A stretch of DNA of 43,990 nt from Thermostichus sp. DRC_bins_24 (GCA_039794845.1 JAUQVK010000085.1:1-43990); one strand, 5' to 3'; counted from the first letter of the stretch, positions 1-9,832 are shown. Translations and numbers: made by a program. The notes: generated by a model not told the origin, from the sequence alone.

Positions 1-1
1 A

Positions 2-223
2 ACCCAACAGAGAGGGCAACGAGGGCTCACCCAAGGGATCCAGCAGGGGGAGGCAGAACTGACCTTACGGCAACTCAGGCAAAAAGTGGGATCCCTGCCT
101 GTTGAATTAGAAACTCAAATTCGCTCGTTGCCGGTGGACCGTTTGGAAGAGTTGGGCCTGGCCTTGCTGGAATTCCAGTCCTTGGCTGACCTCACCTCCT
201 GGCTGGAGGGAGTCACCCCTTAA
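2..223 (+). CDS. 3' end of a DUF4351-domain (Rpn/transposase-associated) protein, partial at window edge
   Basis: Frame from nt 2 reads QGIQQGEAELTLRQLRQKVGSLPVELETQIRSLPVDRLEELGLALLEFQSLADLTSWLEGVTP*, a typical DUF4351 C-terminus; TAA at 221-223. Confidence 0.8.
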   Translation, partial: TQQRGQRGLTQGIQQGEAELTLRQLRQKVGSLPVELETQIRSLPVDRLEELGLALLEFQSLADLTSWLEGVTP

Positions 224-267
224 ATACTTCTTCTTCAAACTAAGCCTTGATGCAGCACATCACAGCG

Positions 268-337
268 GCAAATCTAAAGATTGACTCAGTGTGTTGCAGA
301 GCACGTGCAATACATTGAAGTCAGGACTAGGATTTGC
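268..337 (+). other. Long imperfect hairpin in an intergenic region
   Basis: GCAAATC...GATTTGC closing stem; TGACTCAGTGTGTTGCA pairs with TGCAATACATTGAAGTCA, with G-U pairs on the + strand. Confidence 0.5.
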
Positions 338-615
338 TCGGGTGAAAGAGTTCAGATTGCCTCTTGATCTTGCAGGGTGATGAATGCCCGGGAGGGCTGG
401 CTAGGTTGACCTGCCGGGTTTCCTGAATCCTGTGCAGGGCAGATACAGTCACTCCAAATAAGAGCGATACACTTTTTGACTTCCCCTTCCCGCGCTGGTA
501 GAGATGCTATGGCCAGTGCCAAGAGGGGTTGAGGGAGCTGTTTCAGCCTTGATTGCGATGATTACAGATTCAATGAGATCGTTCAATGAGATCGCCATAC
601 AAAGGGATTCACCGC

Positions 616-2166
616 TTAATTGCCCGGTTTGAACAGGCCAATGGCGCGGACTTGGTTGGATCCCACTTCAAAGGCGAAGGCTAGGCCGAGGGCATCGTAG
701 TTGACATAGTAGCGATCATCCCGCAAGTACTCTCGGCTCCCTTTCGGATAGGGTACCACTTCGTTGTAACCATTCTCGCCGGGTTTGCCGTAGACTTCTG
801 TAACTTCGGTATAGGTAGAGCCGATGCGGATCCCTTCGCTGGTCATGGCTTCCGGGTGAGTGGTGTAGATGCGATTGGCGAAAAAGCTATCGATAATGCC
901 GGGATGGCGGTAGGTAAAGAGAATATAGTCTTGCAGATAGAAGAGCTTCAGGTCGCTGTTGGGCTGAAACACATTGGCCCGAGAGTCTGCTGAGATTTGA
1001 TCCACATTGCCCAGCAAATGGGTATCTACATTCCGTGTATCCATGCCCAGCTCAAATCGGCCGATACGCCCCTCCCGTAAAAAGACAGTGGGGCGGGGGG
1101 GCGGAGTGGGGCGGCGGGGGGGCAAGGCCAAGGCTTCGATCCCGGCATTCAACCAAACATTGCCATCCCCGTCCAAGGTTTTCAGGGGTACCAATCCTTG
1201 CTCAAGGGAACGGCCATCCCCTGTTTTCCAGTTGGCCACGGCCAATTCCACCGCCGCACCGGAAGGGAGGGCAAAAAAGCGGGTTTGCCGTTCACTGCCT
1301 TGGGTGGGTTGCCCCAACACAATGGTGCTGCCGCTGGATCCCAACTGGGCAGCCAAAAGGGTAGCGCCTTGGCGGGTATTGCCATCCACAAGGACGGCCA
1401 ACGGGATCCCGGCTGCAATGGGCAAGTTTTCGCTGTTCCAGGGGGTGGGTTCCCCAAATCGGTCTTCGGTAATCAGCAAGGGCTGAATGGAGCGGGGCAA
1501 GAACAAGCGTGCCACATCCGCAATCACCTGAGGGTCATAGCCCACAGATCCGCGCAGATCGAGAATGATGCCACGGCTGTAATCTTGGGTGTAGAGGGTT
1601 TGGCGAATCTGCTGAGCGGTGGCAGGGGTGAGATCCGGCACTGCCAGGTAAACCATGCGTGGGCCAATCACCTGGGCTTGTAGGGGGGGGCGGGGACGGT
1701 TGAGCAAACTCTTGAAGGCTTGCGGATCCAAAAAGCGATCTACAGGATCCCCATATTCTTTCAGGATTTCCTGCAACAGCTCATATTCCACTTCCAGGGG
1801 CGGGCGCGGATCCCCATAGCCTCGGGCCAACAGGCGGGTATAGAGGTCGTTGTAACTGACCGCAGCAGCCTGACTGCCCGCATCCAAAGACTCGTTGATA
1901 AATAGTCCCACCAAGTGTCGGAGATCCAGGCCTACCGGTTCGCGGGGGGGTAAAGGGGCGGCATCGTTGGGTGCTGCCGGGATCCCGGCCTCAGGAAAGG
2001 GAACCTGCGCCGGAGCTGGGGCCAAGAGAGGGTCGCTCGGCTCCCCGAAAGAAGGCACGACTGGCACCGGCGGCAACGCCGATTGGCCGACCACACTGCT
2101 AGGTAGGATCCCGCCGATGACGGTGACAACGCCCCAAATCCGAATTGTGTGCGCGAATCCTTTCAT
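616..2166 (-). CDS. Secreted S41 (CtpA-like) peptidase-fold protein, probably catalytically inactive, with an extra C-terminal domain
   Basis: Signal-like N-terminus, Pro-rich linker, S41-like segments DPVDRFLDP, IILDLRG, PLAVLVDGNT, VLGQPTQG, GLVP. Confidence 0.7.
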   Translation of the reverse strand: MKGFAHTIRIWGVVTVIGGILPSSVVGQSALPPVPVVPSFGEPSDPLLAPAPAQVPFPEAGIPAAPNDAAPLPPREPVGLDLRHLVGLFINESLDAGSQAAAVSYNDLYTRLLARGYGDPRPPLEVEYELLQEILKEYGDPVDRFLDPQAFKSLLNRPRPPLQAQVIGPRMVYLAVPDLTPATAQQIRQTLYTQDYSRGIILDLRGSVGYDPQVIADVARLFLPRSIQPLLITEDRFGEPTPWNSENLPIAAGIPLAVLVDGNTRQGATLLAAQLGSSGSTIVLGQPTQGSERQTRFFALPSGAAVELAVANWKTGDGRSLEQGLVPLKTLDGDGNVWLNAGIEALALPPRRPTPPPRPTVFLREGRIGRFELGMDTRNVDTHLLGNVDQISADSRANVFQPNSDLKLFYLQDYILFTYRHPGIIDSFFANRIYTTHPEAMTSEGIRIGSTYTEVTEVYGKPGENGYNEVVPYPKGSREYLRDDRYYVNYDALGLAFAFEVGSNQVRAIGLFKPGN

Positions 2167-2390
2167 GGTGGCCTGCCCCTTTTGTGGATGTTGCGGATAG
2201 AATAAACCCTAAACCATCCCCTCTGCCACTGTCAGCAGTGTCGGATGTCTGTTTTTGAGATTTTAAAACACTACGGGTTGCGTTCACCCCTTCTCTCTGT
2301 CTGGGATCTCCCAAGTGGGTCTGAGAATAGGCAGGGGATCCCCTAGGGCTCTACCGATTAGACTGAAAATCGCACCTTGGGGAGGACGAT

Positions 2391-3362
2391 TTGTATCACC
2401 ACGAGTCCGTCTTGACCGAGGAGGTGATCGCTTACCTACAACCTCAGCGGGGCGGGACTTTTTTGGATGTGACCTTGGGGGGGGGTGGGCATAGTTTGGC
2501 GCTGCTGCGAGGAGGAGCCCATCGCGTCATGGGGTTGGATCAAGACCCCGCGGCCATACAAGCGGCCCGGGCTCGCTTTGTTGCCGAAGGGATCCCTGGG
2601 GAAGATCCGCGCCTGAAGCTGTGGCACCTCAATTTCGCCGAGTTTGATCTGCAGCAACATGGCTTTCGAGATGAGCAAGGCAACGGGATCCCGTTCGATG
2701 GGGTGGTGGCGGATCTGGGGGTGAGTTCTCCGCAACTGGATCACCCCGAGCGGGGATTTAGCTTTCGTCACGAAGGGCCGCTGGATATGCGCATGGATCC
2801 AAGCACCGACCAGGAGACCGCTGCCGATTGGGTGAACCATCACGACGTGGAAGAGTTAATCGACATTTTTAGCCGCTATGGCGAAGAGCGATTTGCCCGG
2901 CGCATTGCCCACCGCATCGAACAATCTCGTCCCTTTTCCACAACCACACAATTGGCCGATGTCATTTGGCAGGCGGTTCCCCCAGCGGCTCGGCGAGGCC
3001 GCATCCATCCTGCAACCCGGGTCTTTCAGGCACTACGAATTGCCGTCAACCGAGAGCTGGAGATTTTGGAAACGCTGCTGGCTCAAGCCCCCACTTGGCT
3101 AAAACCGGCGGGTCGATTGGCGGTGATTAGTTTTCATAGCCTTGAAGATCGCCTGGTGAAATGGGCCTTCCGCAGGGATCCCCGTTGGCAGGTGCTCACC
3201 CCCAAGCCTCTCCAGCCTTCGGAACCGGAACTTCGACACAATCCGCGGGCCCGTTCTGCCAAACTGCGAGTGGCTGCCCGCAGGAATGACTTGGGGGTAG
3301 ATCGCGCTCAATCTCAAAAGATCGGATACAGTGAATCGAAATCGGCAGAGGTCTATCTCTAG
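2391..3362 (+). CDS. rsmH: 16S rRNA m4C1402 methyltransferase
   Basis: HESVL, DVTLGGGGHS, DLGVSSPQLD, RGFSF, GPLDMRM, HPATRVFQALRIAVN, ISFHSLEDR, NPRARSAKLR; GGAGG RBS before TTG. Confidence 0.97.
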   Translation: MYHHESVLTEEVIAYLQPQRGGTFLDVTLGGGGHSLALLRGGAHRVMGLDQDPAAIQAARARFVAEGIPGEDPRLKLWHLNFAEFDLQQHGFRDEQGNGIPFDGVVADLGVSSPQLDHPERGFSFRHEGPLDMRMDPSTDQETAADWVNHHDVEELIDIFSRYGEERFARRIAHRIEQSRPFSTTTQLADVIWQAVPPAARRGRIHPATRVFQALRIAVNRELEILETLLAQAPTWLKPAGRLAVISFHSLEDRLVKWAFRRDPRWQVLTPKPLQPSEPELRHNPRARSAKLRVAARRNDLGVDRAQSQKIGYSESKSAEVYL

Positions 3363-3415
3363 CCTTGTGCTGTTGCGGGTGTGTGTTGATCGTGTGTGTG
3401 TGAGGTTCAAACTGT

Positions 3416-3958
3416 ATGGTTAGCCAGCCTTTCAATGCGGGCCGTAGCCGCAGCCATCTCCCTGTTCGCCCCCAAAACTCGGCCTTGCCCGCTCGCCCCA
3501 GTGAACAGCTTGCCCCTCCAATCCGGAGTTTTTCCTATTCAGCAGGCCGCACCTTCCCCCTCAAGTCCGCCCATCCTCACAGCCAGGATCCCGTCTGGAT
3601 AGAACATCTGAGCTGGTGGAAACAAATCTCCACAGGAGTGGCCATTGTCTCTGGGTTCTCGCTGCTGAGCGTTTACAGTTGGACCGTACAGACCCAAAGC
3701 CAGTGGAGCCAACGTTATCAGGTGTGGCAGCAGATGCAGCGCAACGAACGGCAGTTTTTGCTGACCCAGGAATCCATCGCCAACTCCTTGCGAGAAACCG
3801 CCAACCGCTCGGAAATGGTTCCTCTGGTACCGGATCGGATGATTGAGGTGCCTATTAGCCAAGTTATACGGGATCCCGATCAGCAGATGGGACACAACAA
3901 AACCAAGGCCCCGCAAGAGACGGAGAAAGCTCCTCTTTTTTATCCGATTGGGTATTAG
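3416..3958 (+). CDS. Conserved cyanobacterial bitopic membrane protein, FtsL-like
   Basis: One TM segment (GVAIVSGFSLLSVYSWTV) followed by a coiled coil; lies directly after rsmH. Confidence 0.6.
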   Translation: MVSQPFNAGRSRSHLPVRPQNSALPARPSEQLAPPIRSFSYSAGRTFPLKSAHPHSQDPVWIEHLSWWKQISTGVAIVSGFSLLSVYSWTVQTQSQWSQRYQVWQQMQRNERQFLLTQESIANSLRETANRSEMVPLVPDRMIEVPISQVIRDPDQQMGHNKTKAPQETEKAPLFYPIGY

Positions 3959-4698
3959 TCCAACGGCTCCAGTCGGTATCGGCTCAGCCAGTGATCCAAC
4001 TGCACTTCCTCTTCGTCTAGAAGTTGAGCATTGATCAATCCGCGCTTGAAGGCGAGTCGAATGGCGCGGGCGCGCAAACTAAAAGTGGTTCCCCACTCAT
4101 CGCTCTCAATTTGGTCGTTGCTCACTTCTAACTTGTCGTAGAGGTTGCGCAGCCGATTGGTCACCCCCCGCCGGGACAAAAAACGCCGCGAGGCAATCGC
4201 CTGATCAGTTAGGCCAAGGGCAATATCCACCAACACCTCGTATTCGGCATCGCTGAGTCCCGTAATTTTGTTTTGGGAACGGGAATCTACCCCGCGTACC
4301 TCCCGATCAATCACACATTGCTCATCTTGCACCACCGCTTGAATGGCGCTGACCAATTTTTCATCGGTGCAATTTTTCAAGAGATAGCCATAGACTGTCT
4401 GGGGAGGGACAATTTTATGCAGCTCCCGCACATAGACTTCATCGGCAAAATGGGACCAAAAAACAATGCGCGTATTGGGCCGCTCCGCCCAAACCTGACG
4501 GGCCACCTCGATCCCGGTCATCTCTGGCATGCGAATATCCATCAACATGAAGCTGGGATGATGCTGACGCGAGAGTTCCAACGCTTCTGTGCCATTTGAG
4601 GCCGTGTACACCGGGCCAAACTGCGGCAAATGTTGCATCAGCAGGTTATGCACATGTTGGCGGTAAAGAACGTCGTCTTCAGCAAGGAGAGTACTCAC
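3955..4698 (-). CDS. NarL/LuxR-family response regulator (no kinase nearby)
   Basis: Receiver motifs LLAEDD, DIRMP, GYLLK; C-terminal HTH LSDAEYEVLVDIALGLTDQAIA. Confidence 0.9.
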   Translation of the reverse strand: MSTLLAEDDVLYRQHVHNLLMQHLPQFGPVYTASNGTEALELSRQHHPSFMLMDIRMPEMTGIEVARQVWAERPNTRIVFWSHFADEVYVRELHKIVPPQTVYGYLLKNCTDEKLVSAIQAVVQDEQCVIDREVRGVDSRSQNKITGLSDAEYEVLVDIALGLTDQAIASRRFLSRRGVTNRLRNLYDKLEVSNDQIESDEWGTTFSLRARAIRLAFKRGLINAQLLDEEEVQLDHWLSRYRLEPLD

Positions 4699-4854
4699 AG
4701 GCTTTCGTCAGGGTGATCCAATCTTTTCTTTGTTTCTCAACTGTAGAAATACTCGTGGTGAAAGGCAAGGCACTATTGAGCAGTGCTGTGGATATCACCC
4801 ATGGCGCCACGGGGTTCAAGCCACGGCTTTGGGTTGTGGGTTATGGGTGACAAC

Positions 4855-5715
4855 TCAGGGCTGCGCTTGATTGACGCGGAACTGCTGCCATTCTCGCTGA
4901 GTTCGTTCCAACACTTGGCCTAGACCCTCCCAGTTTTCGCTGTCGATGAGTTGTTCCATCTGCCCCAACTGAGCTTGGTAGCTGCGCAGAGTAGCCAATA
5001 GCGCCTGTCGATTGTGACGGGCCATCTCCAGACCCAACCGGGGGATCCCTCCACCAACACGGCTGGTATCTCGAAATCCACTGCTGGCCAGGGTGCGAGC
5101 CAACTCCAAAATCACCGGATCCGCTTCTTGACCTGAGGCGGAGACTAAACTGGCGCTGATCATCACCGGTAGATGACTAATCCAGGCTACCGCTCGGTCA
5201 TGTCGTACCGGATCCGTTAAAACCAATTCTGAGCCGACTGCCGCAATCAGTTCTTTCACAGCAGCAAGCGCCTGGGGTTGCGTCTCGGGGATGGGGGTAA
5301 GCACGTAGGGCCGACCTAGGAATAAGCTGGCCTCTGCAGCCTGGATCCCTTGCAGGGTTTTGCCGGCCATCGGGTGTCCTCCCACAAACAGAGGCCAAAG
5401 CTCGGTTGCCGGAATGACAATCGGTTGCTTGACTGAACCGACATCGCTGACCACCGTCTGCTCTGACAGATAGGGCAACAGGGCAGCTAGGGTGGGCAAT
5501 ACCTGCTCCAAGGGAGTGCAGATTAGCACCACCTGGGGGTCAAACTGTGCCAACTGGGCCAACTCCGTTCCACAGGCTTGCACGGCGCCTCGCGCCAGAG
5601 CCTCCTCACAGGTGGCTGGGTTACGACTAATTCCCCAGACAGGATAACCCCTTTCCGTCAGTTTCAGGGCCAGGGATCCGCCAATCAACCCCAACCCAAC
5701 AATGGCAATGCGCAT
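4855..5715 (-). CDS. tyrA: Prephenate/arogenate dehydrogenase
   Basis: IVGLGLIGGS, DVGSVK, GGHPMAG, HDRAVAWISHLP, SSGFRDTSRVGG. Confidence 0.93.
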   Translation of the reverse strand: MRIAIVGLGLIGGSLALKLTERGYPVWGISRNPATCEEALARGAVQACGTELAQLAQFDPQVVLICTPLEQVLPTLAALLPYLSEQTVVSDVGSVKQPIVIPATELWPLFVGGHPMAGKTLQGIQAAEASLFLGRPYVLTPIPETQPQALAAVKELIAAVGSELVLTDPVRHDRAVAWISHLPVMISASLVSASGQEADPVILELARTLASSGFRDTSRVGGGIPRLGLEMARHNRQALLATLRSYQAQLGQMEQLIDSENWEGLGQVLERTQREWQQFRVNQAQP

Positions 5716-5885
5716 GGTATTTGCTGCTCTGAAGGTGCTTTGGTGGTCGCTATCCTCTCCTTGTCCTTGAAACTAGCCCTTTTGGACTCGTGGGTACAGG
5801 CTAGGGATCCAGCCGCTAAGATGGAGGGATGAACTGGGTAACCCCAACACCAGTTCGCCTGGATCTTTCACCTCAGGAGGGGACG

Positions 5886-6356
5886 GTGCTTCATCGTAGG
5901 ATCTATCAACTCAGCCGCGAAGGCAAAGATGTGTGGATCTACCTGCGCGATCAGGGACGCTGGCTGGAACGAGCCAAGATCCTCGATATTGAAGGGGACA
6001 CTATTCTGGTTCGCTACGAAACGGAAGACGAAGAGGAGATTTGCTCCTGGGAAGAGATGGTTCGTTTGGAAAGCATTGGGGCTGTTGCTCAGCGCCTTTC
6101 CACCATTCCCAAGGGGATGCTCAGTACAGCCGACCTGCCCACTTCAGAAGATTGCCCTTCCGCTGAATTGCTGAATTTGCCGCTGCTGCCTGCCGAAGGC
6201 GAAGATCACCCCAATGGCGAGCGCCTACTGGAAGATTACTATCTGGATCGGGAAGCTTCTGCCGAGATGCCGGTGCGCCTGAGCGGGGAAGATCTGAAAC
6301 GGTTGGATCGTGCTACCCACGACCCCGAAGGCCATCGGGAGAGCAACCACGATTAA
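5886..6356 (+). CDS. Conserved cyanobacterial hypothetical protein (DUF6679-like)
   Basis: LHRRIYQL...YLRDQGRWLERAKILDIEGD...CSWEEMVRLESIGAV; GTG at 5886 preceded by CAGGAGG, chosen over ATG 5829. Confidence 0.7.
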   Translation: MLHRRIYQLSREGKDVWIYLRDQGRWLERAKILDIEGDTILVRYETEDEEEICSWEEMVRLESIGAVAQRLSTIPKGMLSTADLPTSEDCPSAELLNLPLLPAEGEDHPNGERLLEDYYLDREASAEMPVRLSGEDLKRLDRATHDPEGHRESNHD

Positions 6357-6430
6357 CCACGATTCACGGGGAGCTTTCTGGAATTGGAACTTCTAGGCCG
6401 GAAGACAAAAGGGATCCCAGGGGTGAGTAC

Positions 6431-7177
6431 TTACTCCGCCGGGGCTTCCTTCCTGTAGGGCAGGATCGTCAACGGGCCATAGAACTCTTCTTGGTGCAGC
6501 TCCACCTGGGAGCGAGAAGCCATTAGCAACAGCGACCAAAACATTTGAATCGGGTGAACGGCGCCCGTGGCACTTTTGTGGCGGAAGTGCTGCTGTAGGT
6601 CGCCAAAGCTTAGGTGGGCCAAGCCCTGCTGCCATAGCTGAGCCAATAGGGACTCCAGCTCAGCGGTGGTTTCCAGGAGGTTTTCCGGGTGGGCCAACTG
6701 GGTGATGGCCGACAACGCTTGCTTGCGGGAAATGCGTTGGGTCAGAGGCTTTGGGGCAGCCTCGGGCCGTTGCTCCAGCAGGGTTTCTAGCTCTTGCAGA
6801 TGGCCAATCAGTTCTTTGAGGGTGACAGGCCGGGTGCGATTAAGGCGCGGTACGGCTCTCGGTTGCAACACCCGATCCAACTGGGCCAAAGACCAGCTTG
6901 GCAAGGGATCCCCTTCCGAATCCATCAGGTCTTGACTGGGCTCACCCTCCCCTGCTTCCGGTTCTGCTAAAGCCATTGCCTTGAGATAGACCAGCATGGC
7001 GGCATAGAGTAGGGCTTGCCCCGATTCAGACAGATCATGACTGCTGCTGGTGGGAGCCATGCGGGTTAAAAAGCGGTCGATCACCTCGATTACCCGCACA
7101 TCCCAGGGGTCGATCTCGCCGCGTTCTGCCAAATCAATGAGCAGAGAGATTGCTTCTTCGGTCGGTGAATAGGCCAT
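6431..7177 (-). CDS. scpA: Segregation and condensation protein A
   Basis: LIDLAERGEIDPWDV, ALLYAAMLVYLKA, FWSLLLMA...VELHQEEFYGPL. Confidence 0.9.
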   Translation of the reverse strand: MAYSPTEEAISLLIDLAERGEIDPWDVRVIEVIDRFLTRMAPTSSSHDLSESGQALLYAAMLVYLKAMALAEPEAGEGEPSQDLMDSEGDPLPSWSLAQLDRVLQPRAVPRLNRTRPVTLKELIGHLQELETLLEQRPEAAPKPLTQRISRKQALSAITQLAHPENLLETTAELESLLAQLWQQGLAHLSFGDLQQHFRHKSATGAVHPIQMFWSLLLMASRSQVELHQEEFYGPLTILPYRKEAPAE

Positions 7178-7318
7178 AGTGCCCTGTGGATCCCTTGTCC
7201 TTTACTGTAGCGGTCGGTCGGGATCCCGGCCATCTCAGGTTGGGAGTTCTGGATCCTGCTATGCAGCGCTGATGATCGTGTAAGATAGAAGCCCTGCTCT
7301 CCAGTGAGCAGCAGCTAA

Positions 7319-7390
<72 letters not shown>

Positions 7391-7867
7391 TATCCCTCAA
7401 ACCCGCTCACCATAAGGGATTTAGCAGTTTTCCTCTTCCTGGAGAGGAGGGAAAATTCCCCGGCGGCATCATGGACATCCGCAGGTTCAGGGCAATATGG
7501 GCCACAGAGCAGTTAACCCTCCCCAGTGACTAAGCCAAAACAATACCGATCAGCCTCGTAGCCCACTATACTGGCCTTTCCATTTTCCAGATTCCGGTTT
7601 TCCAATTCCATAGGGGGGAGGCCTGCCATGGAAAAAACCAGTCAATTCTTATACATGCCAACAGAGGATCCCTATCCGTACCGTCCTGGGAGGGAGAGTC
7701 CCCCTTAGACTCGAAATCTTAAGAAAACCTAAAGACAAATTATGGGGATCCGTATCCCTCTTCCAGTCCAAGTTAACTTCCATACTAATTTTTTCCGATC
7801 CAGCTTCCACCCCTAGGATTTCGTGGGCTAGATTGTTCCCGATCTGGCTCCCGGTTTTGGAGGGGGA

Positions 7868-7978
7868 GTGGATCCCGTAGCCGTGGCCGCCCAGACCGGG
7901 CACGATGTCCGAACCCTTTACGAGAACTATGCCGGAGTGATTCGCAGAGTGGAGTTACCCGGGCTGGATGAACAATGA
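7868..7978 (+). pseudogene. C-terminal remnant of a tyrosine recombinase/phage integrase
   Basis: VDPVAVAAQTGHDVRTLYENYAGV resembles the GH...Y catalytic end of integrases; in-frame stop at 7829-7831 upstream and no N-terminal part. Confidence 0.7.
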
Positions 7979-8142
7979 CCTTCCGCTAGATCTCATTCCA
8001 CCAGATTTCATTTGGCCACGATCGCCTATCGTGTTGGCCCCTATCTGTCGTGCTACAGGTGAAAGACTTTAAATCCAAGCCTTATTGAGGATAGCAACGG
8101 TAGAATAGGGTTTCTAGCCTTATCTGATTTGCAACAAGGCAA

Positions 8143-8340
8143 TTAATCGAAGTGCCCAAAAGTTTGTTGATGGAGGACAAACTCAAATGGCCGCTTGATG
8201 ACAGCGAAAGACTTGCCTAATGGACAGCACTCGCGGATGAAGCGCTTGGCCTGAAGCCAAATATCCTCAATCGGGTTTTAGTGTGGGTCATTGGGAGCAA
8301 AGCAGATGCAGGTGATGCGCCACTGTTCTGGGTCAGAACT
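8143..8340 (-). pseudogene. IS630-family transposase C-terminal remnant
   Basis: WRITCICFAPNDPH*NPIEDIWLQAKRFIRE...; degenerate P-x-x-P-x-x-N-P-I-E-x-x-W motif with an internal stop at 8278-8280. Confidence 0.8.
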
Positions 8341-8342
8341 AC

Positions 8343-8369
8343 CCCTCCAGCCAGGAGGTGAGGTCAGCC
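8343..8369 (-). repeat. 27-bp exact inverted copy of 184-210 (DUF4351 gene tail, ADLTSWLEG)
   Basis: GGCTGACCTCACCTCCTGGCTGGAGGG at 184-210 equals the reverse complement of 8343-8369. Confidence 0.9.
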
Positions 8370-8611
8370 GTCGATACCGGTCGGAGATGTGGGCGCTGTT
8401 TTAGAGATGGTGCAAGTGTATCCTGACAAGTACTGGTGGGAGTACAGCCTTTTCCAGTGTTATCGACTACAGCCAGTTCAAGTCGGTCTTGCTGCGCAAG
8501 GTGCGGAGCACCACCGTTGGCCCAACTAAGGATACAGCTTTGCCCAGGGGGTCCCAGGCTTTGGATCACAAGGCTCTTTGTAAGGTCGAAAGGCTGTACG
8601 GACAAACCAGC

Positions 8612-9832
8612 TCATCGCAAAGGCTGTACACAAGCATCAGGTGGGTGCTCTAGAACCCTTGCCAACTGCTCATACTCGGCCAAATGGTTATACACCTGGG
8701 CGGAGATGCGTACCCAAAGTTGTCCTTCAAAGGGAATGATCGGGACTTCAATGCGATGGGTTTGCCAGAGGTAATCGTGTAGCAGGCGGGCACGCACGTC
8801 CAGAGGGTGTTCCGGGATCCACTCCTGCCAAAAAGGGGGCAAGGGCAGGGTAGCCATAAAGCCTAACATTGCTTCCGGTGCGGGCGGGATCCCTTGCAGG
8901 CGCTCCAGGAGCAGCTGCCGAGCCTGCATCATCAGGGTGTGATTGTGCTGCCGCATCCGTTCGATCCCCAGCTCTCGAATGAACTGCAACGCCGCCGAGA
9001 TCGCCAACCAAGCGCTGGGATCGCGGGTGCCCACCCAATCGAATTCTGCGGTGAACCCTTGCCCAAATCCATGGGAGATCACCGTCGGGTGGGTCTGGGC
9101 CTGTTGATGGGGGGCCACCCACAAAAAAGCGCAGCCTTTCGGGGCAAACAACCATTTATGGGCATTGCCGGTGTACCAATCCGCCCCCAGTTCCTCCAGA
9201 TGTAAGGGGAGGATCCCTGGGGCATGGGCGCCATCTACCAAAACCGGGATCCCGCGGTCTCGACACAACCGGATCAACTCTGGCAAGGGGTAGATCAACG
9301 CCGTGGGGGAGGTGATGTGATCCAAAACGGCCAAACGGGTTTTGGAGGTGAGCATGGCGGCAAAAGCCTCGACAATCTGGTCTGGCGCCGCAACTGGAAA
9401 AGGGATCCGCACTTCAATTGCCTTGGCCCCCGTTCTATCGCATACCCATCGAATCGCTTGGCGTACCGCCCCGTAGCCCTGATGGGTAAAGGCGATCTCA
9501 TCCCCCGGCTGAAAAGAAAGAGAGCGCAAAACGGCATTCACTCCAGTGGTGGCATTTTCCACAAACACCAAATTCTCGGCTTCTGACCCCACAAAAGCGG
9601 CCAACTCCGCAGCAGCAGCCCGTAGAGCCTGGGGCAATTCCTGCCCCATGAACCGCACCGGTTGCGCTTCTAGGCGTTCTCGCCAAAGGGTTTGAGCTTC
9701 CAAAACAACTTTTGGAGCCGCGCCGTAAGAGCCATGGTTCAAAAAAACGGCTTCCGGTTCAAGCCTCCAAAGAGAGCGAATGGCAGTGCCAAATCCGAAG
9801 CAATCGGATCCAATGCTGGAGGAGAAAGGCAT
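8612..9832 (-). CDS. PLP-dependent class V aminotransferase (isopenicillin N epimerase/EgtE-like lyase)
   Basis: FLNHGSYGA, VENATTG, DHITSPTA, VDGAHAPG, GNAHKWLFAPKG; ATG 9832 preferred as start. Confidence 0.85.
   Translation of the reverse strand: MPFSSSIGSDCFGFGTAIRSLWRLEPEAVFLNHGSYGAAPKVVLEAQTLWRERLEAQPVRFMGQELPQALRAAAAELAAFVGSEAENLVFVENATTGVNAVLRSLSFQPGDEIAFTHQGYGAVRQAIRWVCDRTGAKAIEVRIPFPVAAPDQIVEAFAAMLTSKTRLAVLDHITSPTALIYPLPELIRLCRDRGIPVLVDGAHAPGILPLHLEELGADWYTGNAHKWLFAPKGCAFLWVAPHQQAQTHPTVISHGFGQGFTAEFDWVGTRDPSAWLAISAALQFIRELGIERMRQHNHTLMMQARQLLLERLQGIPPAPEAMLGFMATLPLPPFWQEWIPEHPLDVRARLLHDYLWQTHRIEVPIIPFEGQLWVRISAQVYNHLAEYEQLARVLEHPPDACVQPLR

Noticed and set aside
3379..3402. GT dinucleotide runs before the FtsL-like gene as a phase-variation tract
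   Set aside because: Only 4-5 units each, too short to support
8339..8605. 88-aa ORF ending in ADLTSWLEG
   Set aside because: Only the last 9 codons match DUF4351; the rest looks like a chance read through mosaic debris
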